Part shown: positions 26,886 through 34,736 of the stretch, piece by piece
Layout: each line of letters starts with the position of its first letter
Position numbering within the stretch: the stretch's first letter is position 1
DNA from: Candidatus Micrarchaeota archaeon
Lineage (GTDB): Archaea; Micrarchaeota; Micrarchaeia; Norongarragalinales; Norongarragalinaceae
Assembly: GCA_964634375.1 (NCBI GenBank)
Contig: CAZWIQ010000001.1
Location: forward strand, 1,200 to 45,822
Length of the DNA stretch: 44,623 nucleotides
Direction: 5' to 3'
Made by a program: the position numbers and the translations under genes
Notes under the pieces: generated by a model
Told to the model about the DNA's origin: nothing
Seen by the model: the letters and a program-made list of their open reading frames with translations, nothing else
The model's database searches: none

Positions 26886-27734
26886 TCAGCCGAACAAGCG
26901 CGCGATTAACCCGAGCCCCGCGTGAATCGGTTGTTCCGCGCTTGGAAAGAGAAGAATTCCGTTGGCTACGGCGAACATGTCGTTCCACAAGGACGAGAGC
27001 ACGACGAGCGTTCCCTTGTCTTCCTTGTAGATGAGGGGGGACGAAAGCGATTCCGCCTTGAAGGCGAGGGCGTACTCGCCTCGCTCGGTTTCGCTCAGCT
27101 CGAGGGGGAGAACGGTTTCCGAGTTGTGCCTCAGGAAAGTCTTCTGCGTAAAACTGGGCGTCGACGGCAAGCCGCGCACGCTGACGGCGAGCGCGTCGCT
27201 CGCGCTGCTTTTGCTGCCCAAGTGAAGGTAGTAAAGCGCGGGCTGGCCGACTCCCACGCTGAGCGTTTTCTGTTCGAGGTAAGCGTCGAGGAGTTCGCGC
27301 GAAACGCGGACTTTCGCGGCGACTTCGATTGCGGGCGTTCCTTCGTACTCGTCGAGCGTGCGCAGCTTGAAATAGTAAACGCCGTCATCAGCGTCGTTCG
27401 CGACCGTCACGAAAGCGTGCATGGGTTGCTCGTAAAATTTCGCGTCTTCCGCGCTCCACCCGAGCGGAAGCGTTTCGCGCGCGACGAAAACCTTGTCCCA
27501 CAACGCTTCCTGCGCGTACGTTATCCTTTTCGCGTCTTCGCCGGTTTCGCGCATCATCACGATTTCGAGCTTTTGCCCGGGCCCGACGACGCCCAAGTCG
27601 ACTTCGCTGTCCGCAACAGCCGTGATCTTGACGGGGTCAACGACGAGCAAGTGGCTCGCGCGAGCCACTCCGCAAAAGCCGGTTGCAACGAAAGCGACAA
27701 CGAGAAAGAACAACAGTTTCCTCACGGTTACCAC
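26886..27734 (-). CDS. Hypothetical secreted protein with C-terminal hydrophobic anchor
   Basis: Signal-like N-terminus is KLLFFLVVAFVATGFCGVARA, followed by beta-rich repeats. The C-terminal hydrophobic segment is MFAVANGILLFP. Confidence 0.5.
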   Translation of the reverse strand: MVTVRKLLFFLVVAFVATGFCGVARASHLLVVDPVKITAVADSEVDLGVVGPGQKLEIVMMRETGEDAKRITYAQEALWDKVFVARETLPLGWSAEDAKFYEQPMHAFVTVANDADDGVYYFKLRTLDEYEGTPAIEVAAKVRVSRELLDAYLEQKTLSVGVGQPALYYLHLGSKSSASDALAVSVRGLPSTPSFTQKTFLRHNSETVLPLELSETERGEYALAFKAESLSSPLIYKEDKGTLVVLSSLWNDMFAVANGILLFPSAEQPIHAGLGLIARLFG

Positions 27735-27821
27735 CCTCTGAAAAACTGGGAAATCCTCAACACTTTCTTACTGTGCGGCGATTAAAAACGCTTGCTTTCT
27801 AAACTTTCGTGGTGCTCCGCA

Positions 27822-28403
27822 GTGCGTTGTTTTCTCGCGCTCGACTTGCCTGACGGCGTCAAGGAAAGCGTCGAGCGCGCGGCGGTGCGCGCGAAGCGCC
27901 TCGGCGTTCGCGCCTCGTTCGTTGCGAGCGAGCAAGTCCACGTCACGCTCGCGTTCTTCGGGGAAATCAACGAGGCGGAAGCCGAGCGAATAAAGGAAAC
28001 CGTCGAGCGCGAGTGCGCGGCGGTTTCGCCGTTCAAAGTGAAAGTCAGGGGAACCCGTTTCTTGCCTGACGAGCGCCGCCCCCGCGTTTTTTACGCCGCA
28101 ATCGATTCGCCGGAACTCGTTGCCCTCCAGAAAAAGCTTGCTTTGGCGTTGCGCTACGACGAGGGCAGGCCGTTTCACTGCCACGCGACCGTCGCGCGCT
28201 TCAAGCAAGGCGTTTACCGCGAATCGTTGAAGCAGCTCGCCGAAGAATTCGGGCGCGCCGAGTTCGGCGAGTTCGAGGCAAGCGAAATCGTTCTCAAAAA
28301 GAGCGTGCTGGGCGCCGAAGGAGCGCAGCACAGCGTAATCGCGCGTTTCCCGTTTAAAGCAGGCGCAAGCGCTTCTTCGCTTACGTCGGCTTCTTCCACT
28401 TGA
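27822..28403 (+). CDS. RNA 2',3'-cyclic phosphodiesterase / 2'-5' RNA ligase (LigT/ThpR, 2H family)
   Basis: Two H-x-T/S-x motifs: HVTLAF and HATVAR. The N-terminus VRCFLALDLP is typical. The ORF opens at 27792. The 3' end overlaps the convergent gene by 23 nt. Confidence 0.8.
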   Translation: MRCFLALDLPDGVKESVERAAVRAKRLGVRASFVASEQVHVTLAFFGEINEAEAERIKETVERECAAVSPFKVKVRGTRFLPDERRPRVFYAAIDSPELVALQKKLALALRYDEGRPFHCHATVARFKQGVYRESLKQLAEEFGRAEFGEFEASEIVLKKSVLGAEGAQHSVIARFPFKAGASASSLTSASST

Positions 28404-28929
28404 AGCGCGCGAGCATCAACGCGCCGAGCGCGAACAACGCGGTCCAAGCGTTCGCGCCGAGAATCCAGGCTCCGAGCACGGCGAAAACCGCTGCGACGGG
28501 CACGATCAAGCCGTAGTAATGCGTCCTGTCCTCTTGAACGTTGAACCAAGCGAGGCGCACGAGCGCGGCGAGCCCGTAGAAGAAAAGCGAAGCGAAGCCC
28601 AAGCCGTAAGCGGCGTAAACGATTTGCGGCGCGTACCACGCCACGTACGCGATAGGCGCGACTCCGAACGCTACGGCGTCGCACAACGAGTCGAGTTCTC
28701 GCCCGAACGGGTTCGCTTCGTGTTCCGCGCGAGCGATTTTTCCGTCGAGCCAGTCGAACGCGGCGGCGGCGAGAATCGCGGCGGCAGCCAAGTCGGCGGG
28801 CAGCCATGCAGTTTTGGGGTAAACGAGTCCGAGCGTCACGCAGATCGCAAGCAGGCCGAGGCCAGCGCTGGCGAGCGAGAAAAAGTCTTTGTCGCGCAAG
28901 CGCGCGGCTTGCTCGGTTTTTGCGTTCAC
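28381..28929 (-). CDS. CDP-alcohol phosphatidyltransferase (archaetidylserine synthase-like)
   Basis: A perfect D-x2-DG-x2-AR-x8-G-x3-D-x3-D motif: DWLDGKIARAEHEANPFGRELDSLCD. Multi-TM protein. Confidence 0.85.
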   Translation of the reverse strand: MNAKTEQAARLRDKDFFSLASAGLGLLAICVTLGLVYPKTAWLPADLAAAAILAAAAFDWLDGKIARAEHEANPFGRELDSLCDAVAFGVAPIAYVAWYAPQIVYAAYGLGFASLFFYGLAALVRLAWFNVQEDRTHYYGLIVPVAAVFAVLGAWILGANAWTALFALGALMLARFKWKKPT

Positions 28930-28982
28930 TAGCGCGTTTACGGGCTTTGATTATAAAACGGTTTCTAGAACTCGTGAATGCG

Positions 28983-29678
28983 TCACGCAGCTCTTCCGGC
29001 GCTTTTTTGCACAGGTCTAGTTGCCTGCAAGTGTTTTATCAGTTGGTCAAGCAAGCCTTTTTGCATTTTGGTTAAACTTTCTATTTCCGCCGTGCCTGGA
29101 TACCTTTTGCGGAGCGCCCCCTCTTCGACAGGGTGTTTGTAATAACCGTGCCTTTCAAGCTCTATTCGCATGGCTGTTGTGTCCGCGTTTTCCCTCTCGT
29201 GAATCAAGTAAACTCCGCGTCTTCGTTTCAAGTGGGTTGCCAGGGCGGCTTTGACTTTTTCCAAGTATCCGAAAAGCGCTTGAGCCGCTTCCGTTTCGTT
29301 TTGGTTCGCGCGATTGAATTCCCGCCTTGTTCCCGTAGCAAATACGACGCTTCTCCCGTCGGGCCGCCACTCCGGCAGCTTGAGTTTGAGCGTTACTATC
29401 TTGTCTTCTTCGCTTCTTTTTCCGGATTGCAGTTCTTCGATCATTTTTTCGAATTCCTGTTGTTCTTCTTCAGGTCTTTTTCCGGATTCCCGCCCTGACA
29501 ACAAGCCGCACTCATACTTCCATCCTTCGCCTTCTAACTCCTCCTCGTCCTCCTCGTTGCGGACTGCCGTTTCAACTTTTCTTGGTTTCGGCACGGCTAA
29601 CGCCAACTCTAAGTAGCCGTTGCGTATCTCGCACCCGATATGGCGTTCAATTTCGAGCGGTCTCAAAAGCGCGTTCAC
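28983..29678 (-). CDS. Hypothetical protein (231 aa), orphan-like, in a lower-GC stretch
   Basis: Clean ORF with a charged E/K-rich centre. No motif recognised. Composition is visibly less GC-biased than the flanking genes. Confidence 0.45.
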   Translation of the reverse strand: MNALLRPLEIERHIGCEIRNGYLELALAVPKPRKVETAVRNEEDEEELEGEGWKYECGLLSGRESGKRPEEEQQEFEKMIEELQSGKRSEEDKIVTLKLKLPEWRPDGRSVVFATGTRREFNRANQNETEAAQALFGYLEKVKAALATHLKRRRGVYLIHERENADTTAMRIELERHGYYKHPVEEGALRKRYPGTAEIESLTKMQKGLLDQLIKHLQATRPVQKSAGRAA

Positions 29679-29804
29679 CGAAGATTTTGTGGCGGCGCGT
29701 CGTTTTAAACACCGCGTATTCCGCCGATCCCGTTTTGTTTTTGTTTTTTGCGAACGCTTTAAAACAATCGGGGGGCATTAACTTAAGTTCGTTGAGTCCG
29801 AAAA

Positions 29805-29929
29805 GGGCCTGTAACTCAGCCTGGTCTAGAGTGCCAGTCTTATACGAAGCCCGCGCCGGAACTTTTTGGTTTTTCGACGCGTGCGGCTGGGTGAACTGGA
29901 AGGCCGGGGTTCAAATCCCCGCAGGCCCA
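29805..29929 (+). tRNA. tRNA-Ile (anticodon UAU) interrupted by a 49-nt intron at the canonical 37/38 position
   Basis: Acceptor GGGCCTG/CAGGCCC, D arm ACTC-AGCCTGGTCTA-GAGT, anticodon stem CCAGT (29834-29838)/ACTGG (29895-29899), T arm CGGGG-TTCAAAT-CCCCG, discriminator A. Exon junction gives the loop C-U-UAU-A-A. The overall sequence resembles archaeal tRNA-Ile. Confidence 0.8.
29845..29893 (+). other. tRNA intron (49 nt) with bulge-helix-bulge-like context
   Basis: A hand fold gives a 4-bp central helix: C32-G, U33-G, U34-G and A35-U with intron nt 44-47. It also gives a 3-nt 3' bulge (UG|A) and an inner helix (intron 5-12 with 37-43). The 5' bulge appears enlarged (relaxed BHB). Confidence 0.6.
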
Positions 29930-29934
29930 CTAAC

Positions 29935-29945
29935 GATTTTTTTTG
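29935..29945 (+). terminator. Oligo-T tract after tRNA-Ile
   Basis: gattttttttg follows immediately 3' of the tRNA discriminator region. Confidence 0.5.
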
Positions 29946-30009
29946 CTTGCGAAAAGTTGAAATACGCGCGTTAGTACAAGCTTCTTAGAGCGCGCAATCG
30001 GTTGATTTA

Positions 30010-30558
30010 ATGGCTGTCAAACGCAACGCAGTGTCCGCCGGAGAGTTTTTGGTTCACGGCGCCCCGTTCGGTTCAGCCAAAGAAAAACTGGTTCCAAACC
30101 GAGAGTTTCACGGCGGTTGGACTAGAATGCCTTTTGGAGCGAATAAGCGGGAGTTGCTGCGGATGATTAAAAGGCTTTTGCCGGAGAACACGGGACCGAT
30201 GTTAGCAGACGAACTTAATTTGAATAGGCTTGATTCTTACCCCGCGCTGGTTTTGGTTTCAAACGAGCGGTTGCAGCGCGGCATGGATTTGTCGCGGCAA
30301 GACTGGTTTCCGCAAGAGCACGTGGCTGCCTTGGTTCGTTTGACTAAACCCGAACTGCAAAGAATTTTGCGTCAGGAACCTTGGCGAAACCGAAAAAATC
30401 TTACGCTGGAGCAATTGAGGATGGAGTTCGGCAATCGCCTCGGAGCAGCGCTTTACGCCAAAACGCTTTTTTTGTTGTCGCGAGGCATGCGGCACGACCC
30501 GCGCAACGGCGTGTATTTGAATTCACGCCACTGGAAGTTTAGCGCTCCTGCAAGGTAA
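30010..30558 (+). CDS. Hypothetical protein (182 aa), orphan-like
   Basis: ATG-initiated ORF directly downstream of the tRNA. No motif recognised. Lower GC than the core genes. Confidence 0.45.
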   Translation: MAVKRNAVSAGEFLVHGAPFGSAKEKLVPNREFHGGWTRMPFGANKRELLRMIKRLLPENTGPMLADELNLNRLDSYPALVLVSNERLQRGMDLSRQDWFPQEHVAALVRLTKPELQRILRQEPWRNRKNLTLEQLRMEFGNRLGAALYAKTLFLLSRGMRHDPRNGVYLNSRHWKFSAPAR

Positions 30559-30569
30559 ACGGCGATTTT

Positions 30570-31241
30570 TTGTTCAAAATCGTTTCCTTCGACCTCGACG
30601 GCACTCTCGTAAACCGCGACTTCGACGACGCGTTGTGGTTCCGCGAAATTCCTCGCGCTTACGCCAAAAAACGCGGGATTCCGCTCAAAAAAGCCGTGCG
30701 GGAGTGCCTCGCGGCTTACAATTCGGTCGGAAACAAGCGGTTGAAGTGGTACTTGCTTGACTACTGGCTGAAGCGGTTCGGCCTCGAAAAAGAAAAAAAG
30801 CGTTTGTTGAACGACTTCAAGCGCGAAATCAGGCTTTTCAAGGAAGCGCCTTCAGTGATTCGCTCGTTCAAGCGCCGCGGTTTGCGCGTAGTCATCGTTT
30901 CGAACACGAGTTTCCTCGAACTCAAGTTGAAGGCGACTGGCCTCGACGAACTCGTCGACGCCGCTTTTTCTTCCACAACGCACTTCCGCACGGTGCGCAA
31001 ATCAAAACGCGTTTTCCAGCGCGTCTGCAAAAAACTTCGAGCGAAACCCGTGGGCGTCGTTCATGTTGGCGACTACCGCGATTTCGACTTCGACCAGCCG
31101 CGCGCCGCTGGCGCAACGGCGTTCCTCCTCAACCGCCACGGCGAGCACAAGCCGCGCAGCGCGAAGGAAAAGTTTTTCATCGTGCGGGACTTGAAGGAAT
31201 TCGAAAAGCGAGTTTTTGAGTTGAGCGCTTCAACCGCTTAA
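30570..31241 (+). CDS. HAD-superfamily hydrolase
   Basis: Motif I is FDLDGTLV, motif II VIVSNTS, and the motif III/IV region is VHVGDYRDFD. TTG start. Confidence 0.8.
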   Translation: MFKIVSFDLDGTLVNRDFDDALWFREIPRAYAKKRGIPLKKAVRECLAAYNSVGNKRLKWYLLDYWLKRFGLEKEKKRLLNDFKREIRLFKEAPSVIRSFKRRGLRVVIVSNTSFLELKLKATGLDELVDAAFSSTTHFRTVRKSKRVFQRVCKKLRAKPVGVVHVGDYRDFDFDQPRAAGATAFLLNRHGEHKPRSAKEKFFIVRDLKEFEKRVFELSASTA

Positions 31242-31394
31242 TTGTTTTTTAGTTTTTGTTTTACCGGCAGCCAACCTGCGAAAAACGTATAACGTCCGCC
31301 AGCGTAGCTTCAATCGGTTGACGAGTCGGTGCAAGCACGCTAATACGAATGCACTCCCGCGAGCGCCCCCAAACAACGCCTTAATATATTGGCT

Positions 31395-31411
31395 GATAAT
31401 AATTATTTATC
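31395..31411. promoter_or_regulatory. Imperfect palindrome GATAATAATTATTTATC in the AT-rich leader of the two-gene module (candidate operator/TATA)
   Basis: Near-perfect inverted repeat centred on TAATTA, 25-41 bp upstream of ATG 31436. Confidence 0.35.
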
Positions 31412-31435
31412 AACTAGTATCTTTTGGTGATTTGA

Positions 31436-31732
31436 ATGTCGAGAAAGTCGGGGGTTTCGCGTGAGGGGTTGCGTGCCGAGTTTCCGCACTCGCCGACGTT
31501 GAATACAGTGATGATGGTTGAGGACGCGATTAAGAAGTCGAAAGAGAGCGCGGTTACGATTGCGGAGCTCAAACGGCGTTTGCCGAAGCAAGTGAATCAT
31601 TACACGTTGAAAGCGGTTTTGACTTACCTCGAGGCGAGTAACAAGATTGCGGTGAGCTTGAAGGGAATCACTTGGATTTTCAACGACAACGCGAGGCTGC
31701 GCAACGCGGTCGCCAGGGGTTTTGAATTGTGA
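31436..31732 (+). CDS. Small winged-helix-like protein, candidate antitoxin/regulator
   Basis: 98 aa. The pattern AVTIAELKRRLPKQVNHYTLKAVLTYLEASNKIAV is wHTH-like. Its stop overlaps the next gene's start (GTGA). Confidence 0.45.
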   Translation: MSRKSGVSREGLRAEFPHSPTLNTVMMVEDAIKKSKESAVTIAELKRRLPKQVNHYTLKAVLTYLEASNKIAVSLKGITWIFNDNARLRNAVARGFEL

Positions 31733-32085
31733 GCAAGAAAGTCAGAGTAATTTTGTCGCCTGAAGCCGAAGCGGTTTACAAATGTTTGAACGAGGAAGCC
31801 GAGCACTCAAAGACGGACAAGGCGATTCTGAACGCGATTAATCGGAAAGTCGAGTTGATTAAAACCAACGTTCACTACGGCGTTCCGATTGCCAAAAACT
31901 TGATTCCGCTTGAGTACAAGGCGAAGTACGGCGTAAACAACTTGTTTCGCGTTGAACTCCCGAATTACTGGCGAATGCTTTACACTTTGACGAACGGCGG
32001 CTCTGAAGTCGAAATCGTCGCTTTCGTGTTGGATTTGTTGAGTCATCCGGAGTACGACGAGAAATTCGGTTACAAGAAAAAATGA
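31729..32085 (+). CDS. RelE/ParE-superfamily-like toxin candidate
   Basis: 118 aa. The C-terminal pattern LFRVELPNYWRMLYTL...VEIVAFVLDLLSHPEYDEKF resembles the RelE/ParE signature (L-x-R-x-R-x-G-x-Y-R-x-I-Y ... V-x-I-x-x-V-x-H-x-x-x-Y). There is a 4-nt start/stop overlap with the upstream gene. Confidence 0.5.
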   Translation: MSKKVRVILSPEAEAVYKCLNEEAEHSKTDKAILNAINRKVELIKTNVHYGVPIAKNLIPLEYKAKYGVNNLFRVELPNYWRMLYTLTNGGSEVEIVAFVLDLLSHPEYDEKFGYKKK

Positions 32086-32104
32086 TTCTGTTCTGGGTGT
32101 TTGT

Positions 32105-32788
32105 ATGATTAACGTCGTATTCGCTGAAACCGCGCTCGAACTCGTGCCGAGCGAAATCCAAGGCAGCGCGCAAGTTGCGGCTGAAGCCAAGAAACGCAAG
32201 AAAGCGCCTGGCGCGATTCTGCTCGACGCGAACAAGCATTACGCGGCGATGCAGAAACTCGAAAAAAAAGAAAAGCGCGGGCGCCCCGACATCGCGCACG
32301 ACTTGCTGAAGTACGCGCTCGATTCGCCGTTGAACAAGAGCGGCGCGCTTCGCGTGTTCATGCACGCTTACGGGGATTTTGTCCTGAACGTGAATTCGGA
32401 AACGCGGCTCCCGCGTTCGTTCAACCAGTTTTGCGGTTTGATGGAAGACGTTTGGATGAAGAAAACGATTTCCGCGGGCGGCAAGACGCTGCTTGAAGTT
32501 AAGAAGCAGTCGCTTGACGCGCTTCTAAAGGAAATCGGCGTTGCCACCATCGTTTTCGACCCGAAAGGCGAAGCAATAGGCTTGCGAGAATTAGTAACGA
32601 AATTCGAGGCTTTGGCTGGGAAAGAAAAAGGTTTTTGCTTGGTAATCGGCGGTTTCCCGCACGGCGACTTCGATAACGCGGACGCGCTGGCGGATTACAA
32701 ACACGTGGCTTTGGCTGGCGGCGAATTAACCGCGCCCGCCGTGCTCGCGCAAGCGCTCACCTGCGTTCAATTAGCGCTGGAAAAATAA
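32105..32788 (+). CDS. nep1: Ribosomal RNA small subunit methyltransferase Nep1 (EMG1)
   Basis: VFAETALELVP, RGRPDIAHDLL, ETRLPRSFNQFCGLME and VIGGFPHGDF are SPOUT-class Nep1 hallmarks. Confidence 0.88.
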   Translation: MINVVFAETALELVPSEIQGSAQVAAEAKKRKKAPGAILLDANKHYAAMQKLEKKEKRGRPDIAHDLLKYALDSPLNKSGALRVFMHAYGDFVLNVNSETRLPRSFNQFCGLMEDVWMKKTISAGGKTLLEVKKQSLDALLKEIGVATIVFDPKGEAIGLRELVTKFEALAGKEKGFCLVIGGFPHGDFDNADALADYKHVALAGGELTAPAVLAQALTCVQLALEK

Positions 32789-32820
32789 GAATTGGCTGCG
32801 TTTGCGCTGGCGGCGCGTTT

Positions 32821-33237
32821 TCAGGCGATTTTGTCGAAGACGCGCTCGTCATGCCACTCCGCTTCCCGCGAGTCCACGAGCTTCTTGATTTCCGCCTTCG
32901 AAAACCACTTGGTTTTCACGCCCTCCATCGGCGAACCCTTCTTCTCCGAGTCCAAGCGCACCTTGAAAATGATGTGCAACTGAGAATATTTTGAATCGCG
33001 CTTTTTGCCGTGAGCGAACTCGATGACGCCTTCCGGGTAAGCTTCGAACCCGGTTGCGTCCCGCGCGTGCCTGCGCACCGCGTCGAGCACGCTTTCTCCT
33101 TCGCGCACGCGGCCGCCAGGCGTTTCCCACGCCTTCTCCCAATCCTGGTGAGCGAGAAGCACCTTGCCGCCTTTCTCGTCCTGAATCAGCGCGCGAACGC
33201 TTAACTTGTAGAGCTCGTCTTCCACCGTGTTACCCAC
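32821..33237 (-). CDS. NUDIX-fold protein with degenerate Nudix box
   Basis: PGGRVREGESVLDAVRRHARDATGF aligns to G-x5-E-x7-R-E-U-x-E-E-x-G-U. The REUxEE core reads RHARDA. Confidence 0.7.
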   Translation of the reverse strand: MGNTVEDELYKLSVRALIQDEKGGKVLLAHQDWEKAWETPGGRVREGESVLDAVRRHARDATGFEAYPEGVIEFAHGKKRDSKYSQLHIIFKVRLDSEKKGSPMEGVKTKWFSKAEIKKLVDSREAEWHDERVFDKIA

Positions 33238-33282
33238 CGTTTTTCAACCAACCGTTTTTATTAGTCGCGAACGTCGTATTTA

Positions 33283-33591
33283 TTGTTTGCTGTGAATATA
33301 AACGAAATCGCGGCCGGCAGGTGCCGAAAACTGCTCGGGCTTGCTGCGGACGCGCTTGATTCCGACGAAAAGCTCGCGAAACGCTACGTTTCGCTGGCGC
33401 GGAAAATCGCGGCGCGGCACCGCCTGCCGCTCGGCAACAAGGCGTTCTGCAAGAAGTGCGGGTTGCCGTGGGTGCCGGGAAAAACAGTTAGGGTGCGCTT
33501 GCAGGGGCGGGGAAAAACAGTTTTATATACTTGCGTTTGCAAGAATAGTCGACGGTTTCCTTATTCTCAGAAAACCAGGAAAAAAGCTTAA
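33283..33591 (+). CDS. rnp4: RNase P protein component 4 (Rpp21/Rpr2)
   Basis: LAKRYVSLARKIAARHRLPLGNKAFCKKCGLPWVPGKTVRVRL...YTCVCK combines helical and zinc-ribbon architecture. Confidence 0.8.
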   Translation: MFAVNINEIAAGRCRKLLGLAADALDSDEKLAKRYVSLARKIAARHRLPLGNKAFCKKCGLPWVPGKTVRVRLQGRGKTVLYTCVCKNSRRFPYSQKTRKKA

Positions 33592-33610
33592 ACGCTTTTA
33601 GCTTACAGAA

Positions 33611-34036
33611 TTGAGAGGTGTTGTTGGTTTGCCTTCGGCTCTAGACGTTTCGCCCGACGCGTTGATAGCGCGGGCTGCGGCTGAACTCAAGAAAATCGAT
33701 TCCGTTAAAACGCCGGACTGGGTTCTCGGCGTGAAAAGCGGTTCTCACAACGAGCGCCCCGTCGCCGACGAAGACTTCTGGTTCAAGAGATGCGCCTCGC
33801 TCCTGCGGACGCTCTACGTTCACGGCAACAAAGGCGTGCGCAGGCTGCGCCACAAGTACGGCGGCAGGCAGCGGCACATCGTCCGCTCGCCTCACCACAA
33901 GCCGGGCGGAGGCAAAATCATCCGCCTCGCGCTCCAGCAGCTCGAAAAGGCGGGGCTCGTCAAGAAAGAGAAGGCGGGCCGCGTTATTTCGCCGCAAGGC
34001 GTGGCGTTGCTCGACAAGGCGGCTGCAAACAAGTAG
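33611..34036 (+). CDS. rps19e: 30S ribosomal protein S19e (eS19)
   Basis: PDWVLGVKSGSHNERPVADEDFWFKRCASLLRTLY...GVRRLRHKYGG...GGGKIIRLALQQLEKAGLV. Confidence 0.92.
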   Translation: MRGVVGLPSALDVSPDALIARAAAELKKIDSVKTPDWVLGVKSGSHNERPVADEDFWFKRCASLLRTLYVHGNKGVRRLRHKYGGRQRHIVRSPHHKPGGGKIIRLALQQLEKAGLVKKEKAGRVISPQGVALLDKAAANK

Positions 34037-34094
34037 CTTTTAATTTTTTTTAAAGGATTTTTCAGGGAAAGGTGCGTGAGGCGCGTGAGCGCTT

Positions 34095-34433
34095 ATGGAG
34101 GATGACGGTTCGCAAGGCGAGGAAGCGCGTTCGCGGCAAGCAGCCGCGCAGGCGCAAGCCGCGCAAACGGAAGAGTTGCGGAAGGCGCGGCAGGCGGAGT
34201 TGCAAGCGCGTTCGATCGCGAAGCAAGTTCTCGAGCCCGCGGCGTACGAGCGTCTAGCGAACATTCGCGCCGCGAACGCGGAACTTTACGCGCAACTCGT
34301 GTCGCTTTTCGCGTACCTCGCGCAAAACGGGCAGCTCAAGTCGCGGGTAACGGAGGAGCAACTCAAGGAATTCGTTTCGCGCCTCTTGGCGAAGCAGCGC
34401 AAGGAAACGAAGATAACGATTAACCGGAAATGA
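34095..34433 (+). CDS. PDCD5/TFAR19-like double-stranded DNA-binding protein
   Basis: AKQVLEPAAYERLANIRAANAELYAQLVSLFAYLAQNGQLKSRVTEEQLKEFVSRL. Confidence 0.8.
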   Translation: MEDDGSQGEEARSRQAAAQAQAAQTEELRKARQAELQARSIAKQVLEPAAYERLANIRAANAELYAQLVSLFAYLAQNGQLKSRVTEEQLKEFVSRLLAKQRKETKITINRK

Positions 34434-34510
34434 CGGTTGGAAATACGCTTGGAAATAAATTAAGCGATTGAACGAAACGAACGAACGAAACGAACGGAGT
34501 GGATTTCGCA

Positions 34511-34675
34511 ATGTCGAAGAACAAGAGTTTCGAACGCAAGCGTTTTCTAGGCAAGAAGGCGAGGCAGAACAGGCGCATCCCCATTTTCGTGATCGCGCGC
34601 ACGATGCGTCGCGTGGTCCGCAACGCCCGCAGCCGCAACTGGCGGCGCAGCAAGCTCGGAGTAAAAATAAAGTGA
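34511..34675 (+). CDS. rpl39e: 50S ribosomal protein L39e (eL39); too short for the supplied ORF track
   Basis: My own translation is MSKNKSFERKRFLGKKARQNRRIPIFVIARTMRRVVRNARSRNWRRSKLGVKIK-stop. It matches the eL39 pattern (KQNRR.P.WV...T.R.V..N.KRR.WRR.KL). Confidence 0.9.
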   Translation: MSKNKSFERKRFLGKKARQNRRIPIFVIARTMRRVVRNARSRNWRRSKLGVKIK

Positions 34676-34736
34676 TGAATTAAACTGGCGGGTTTCCGCG
34701 AATCGCGTTATAACGCCAACGGAGTAATCGGCGGTT

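Noticed and set aside
28381-28403. 23-nt convergent overlap of the LigT-like and CDP-alcohol phosphatidyltransferase genes, as a possible antisense regulation site.
   Set aside because: Short 3' overlaps are common in compact genomes. The LigT C-terminal residues involved are non-conserved (…GASASSLTSASST), so this may be simple read-through to the next stop.
31242-31394. Possible tRNA fragment or small ncRNA (GCCAGCGTAGCTTCAATCGGTTGACG... with a GTGCA/TGCAC stem) in the 194-bp spacer before the toxin-antitoxin-like pair.
   Set aside because: I could fold no cloverleaf: there is no T-arm GTTCRAATC and no matching acceptor strand. No C/D or H/ACA boxes are in a sensible arrangement. The D-arm-like similarity is too short to call an att remnant.
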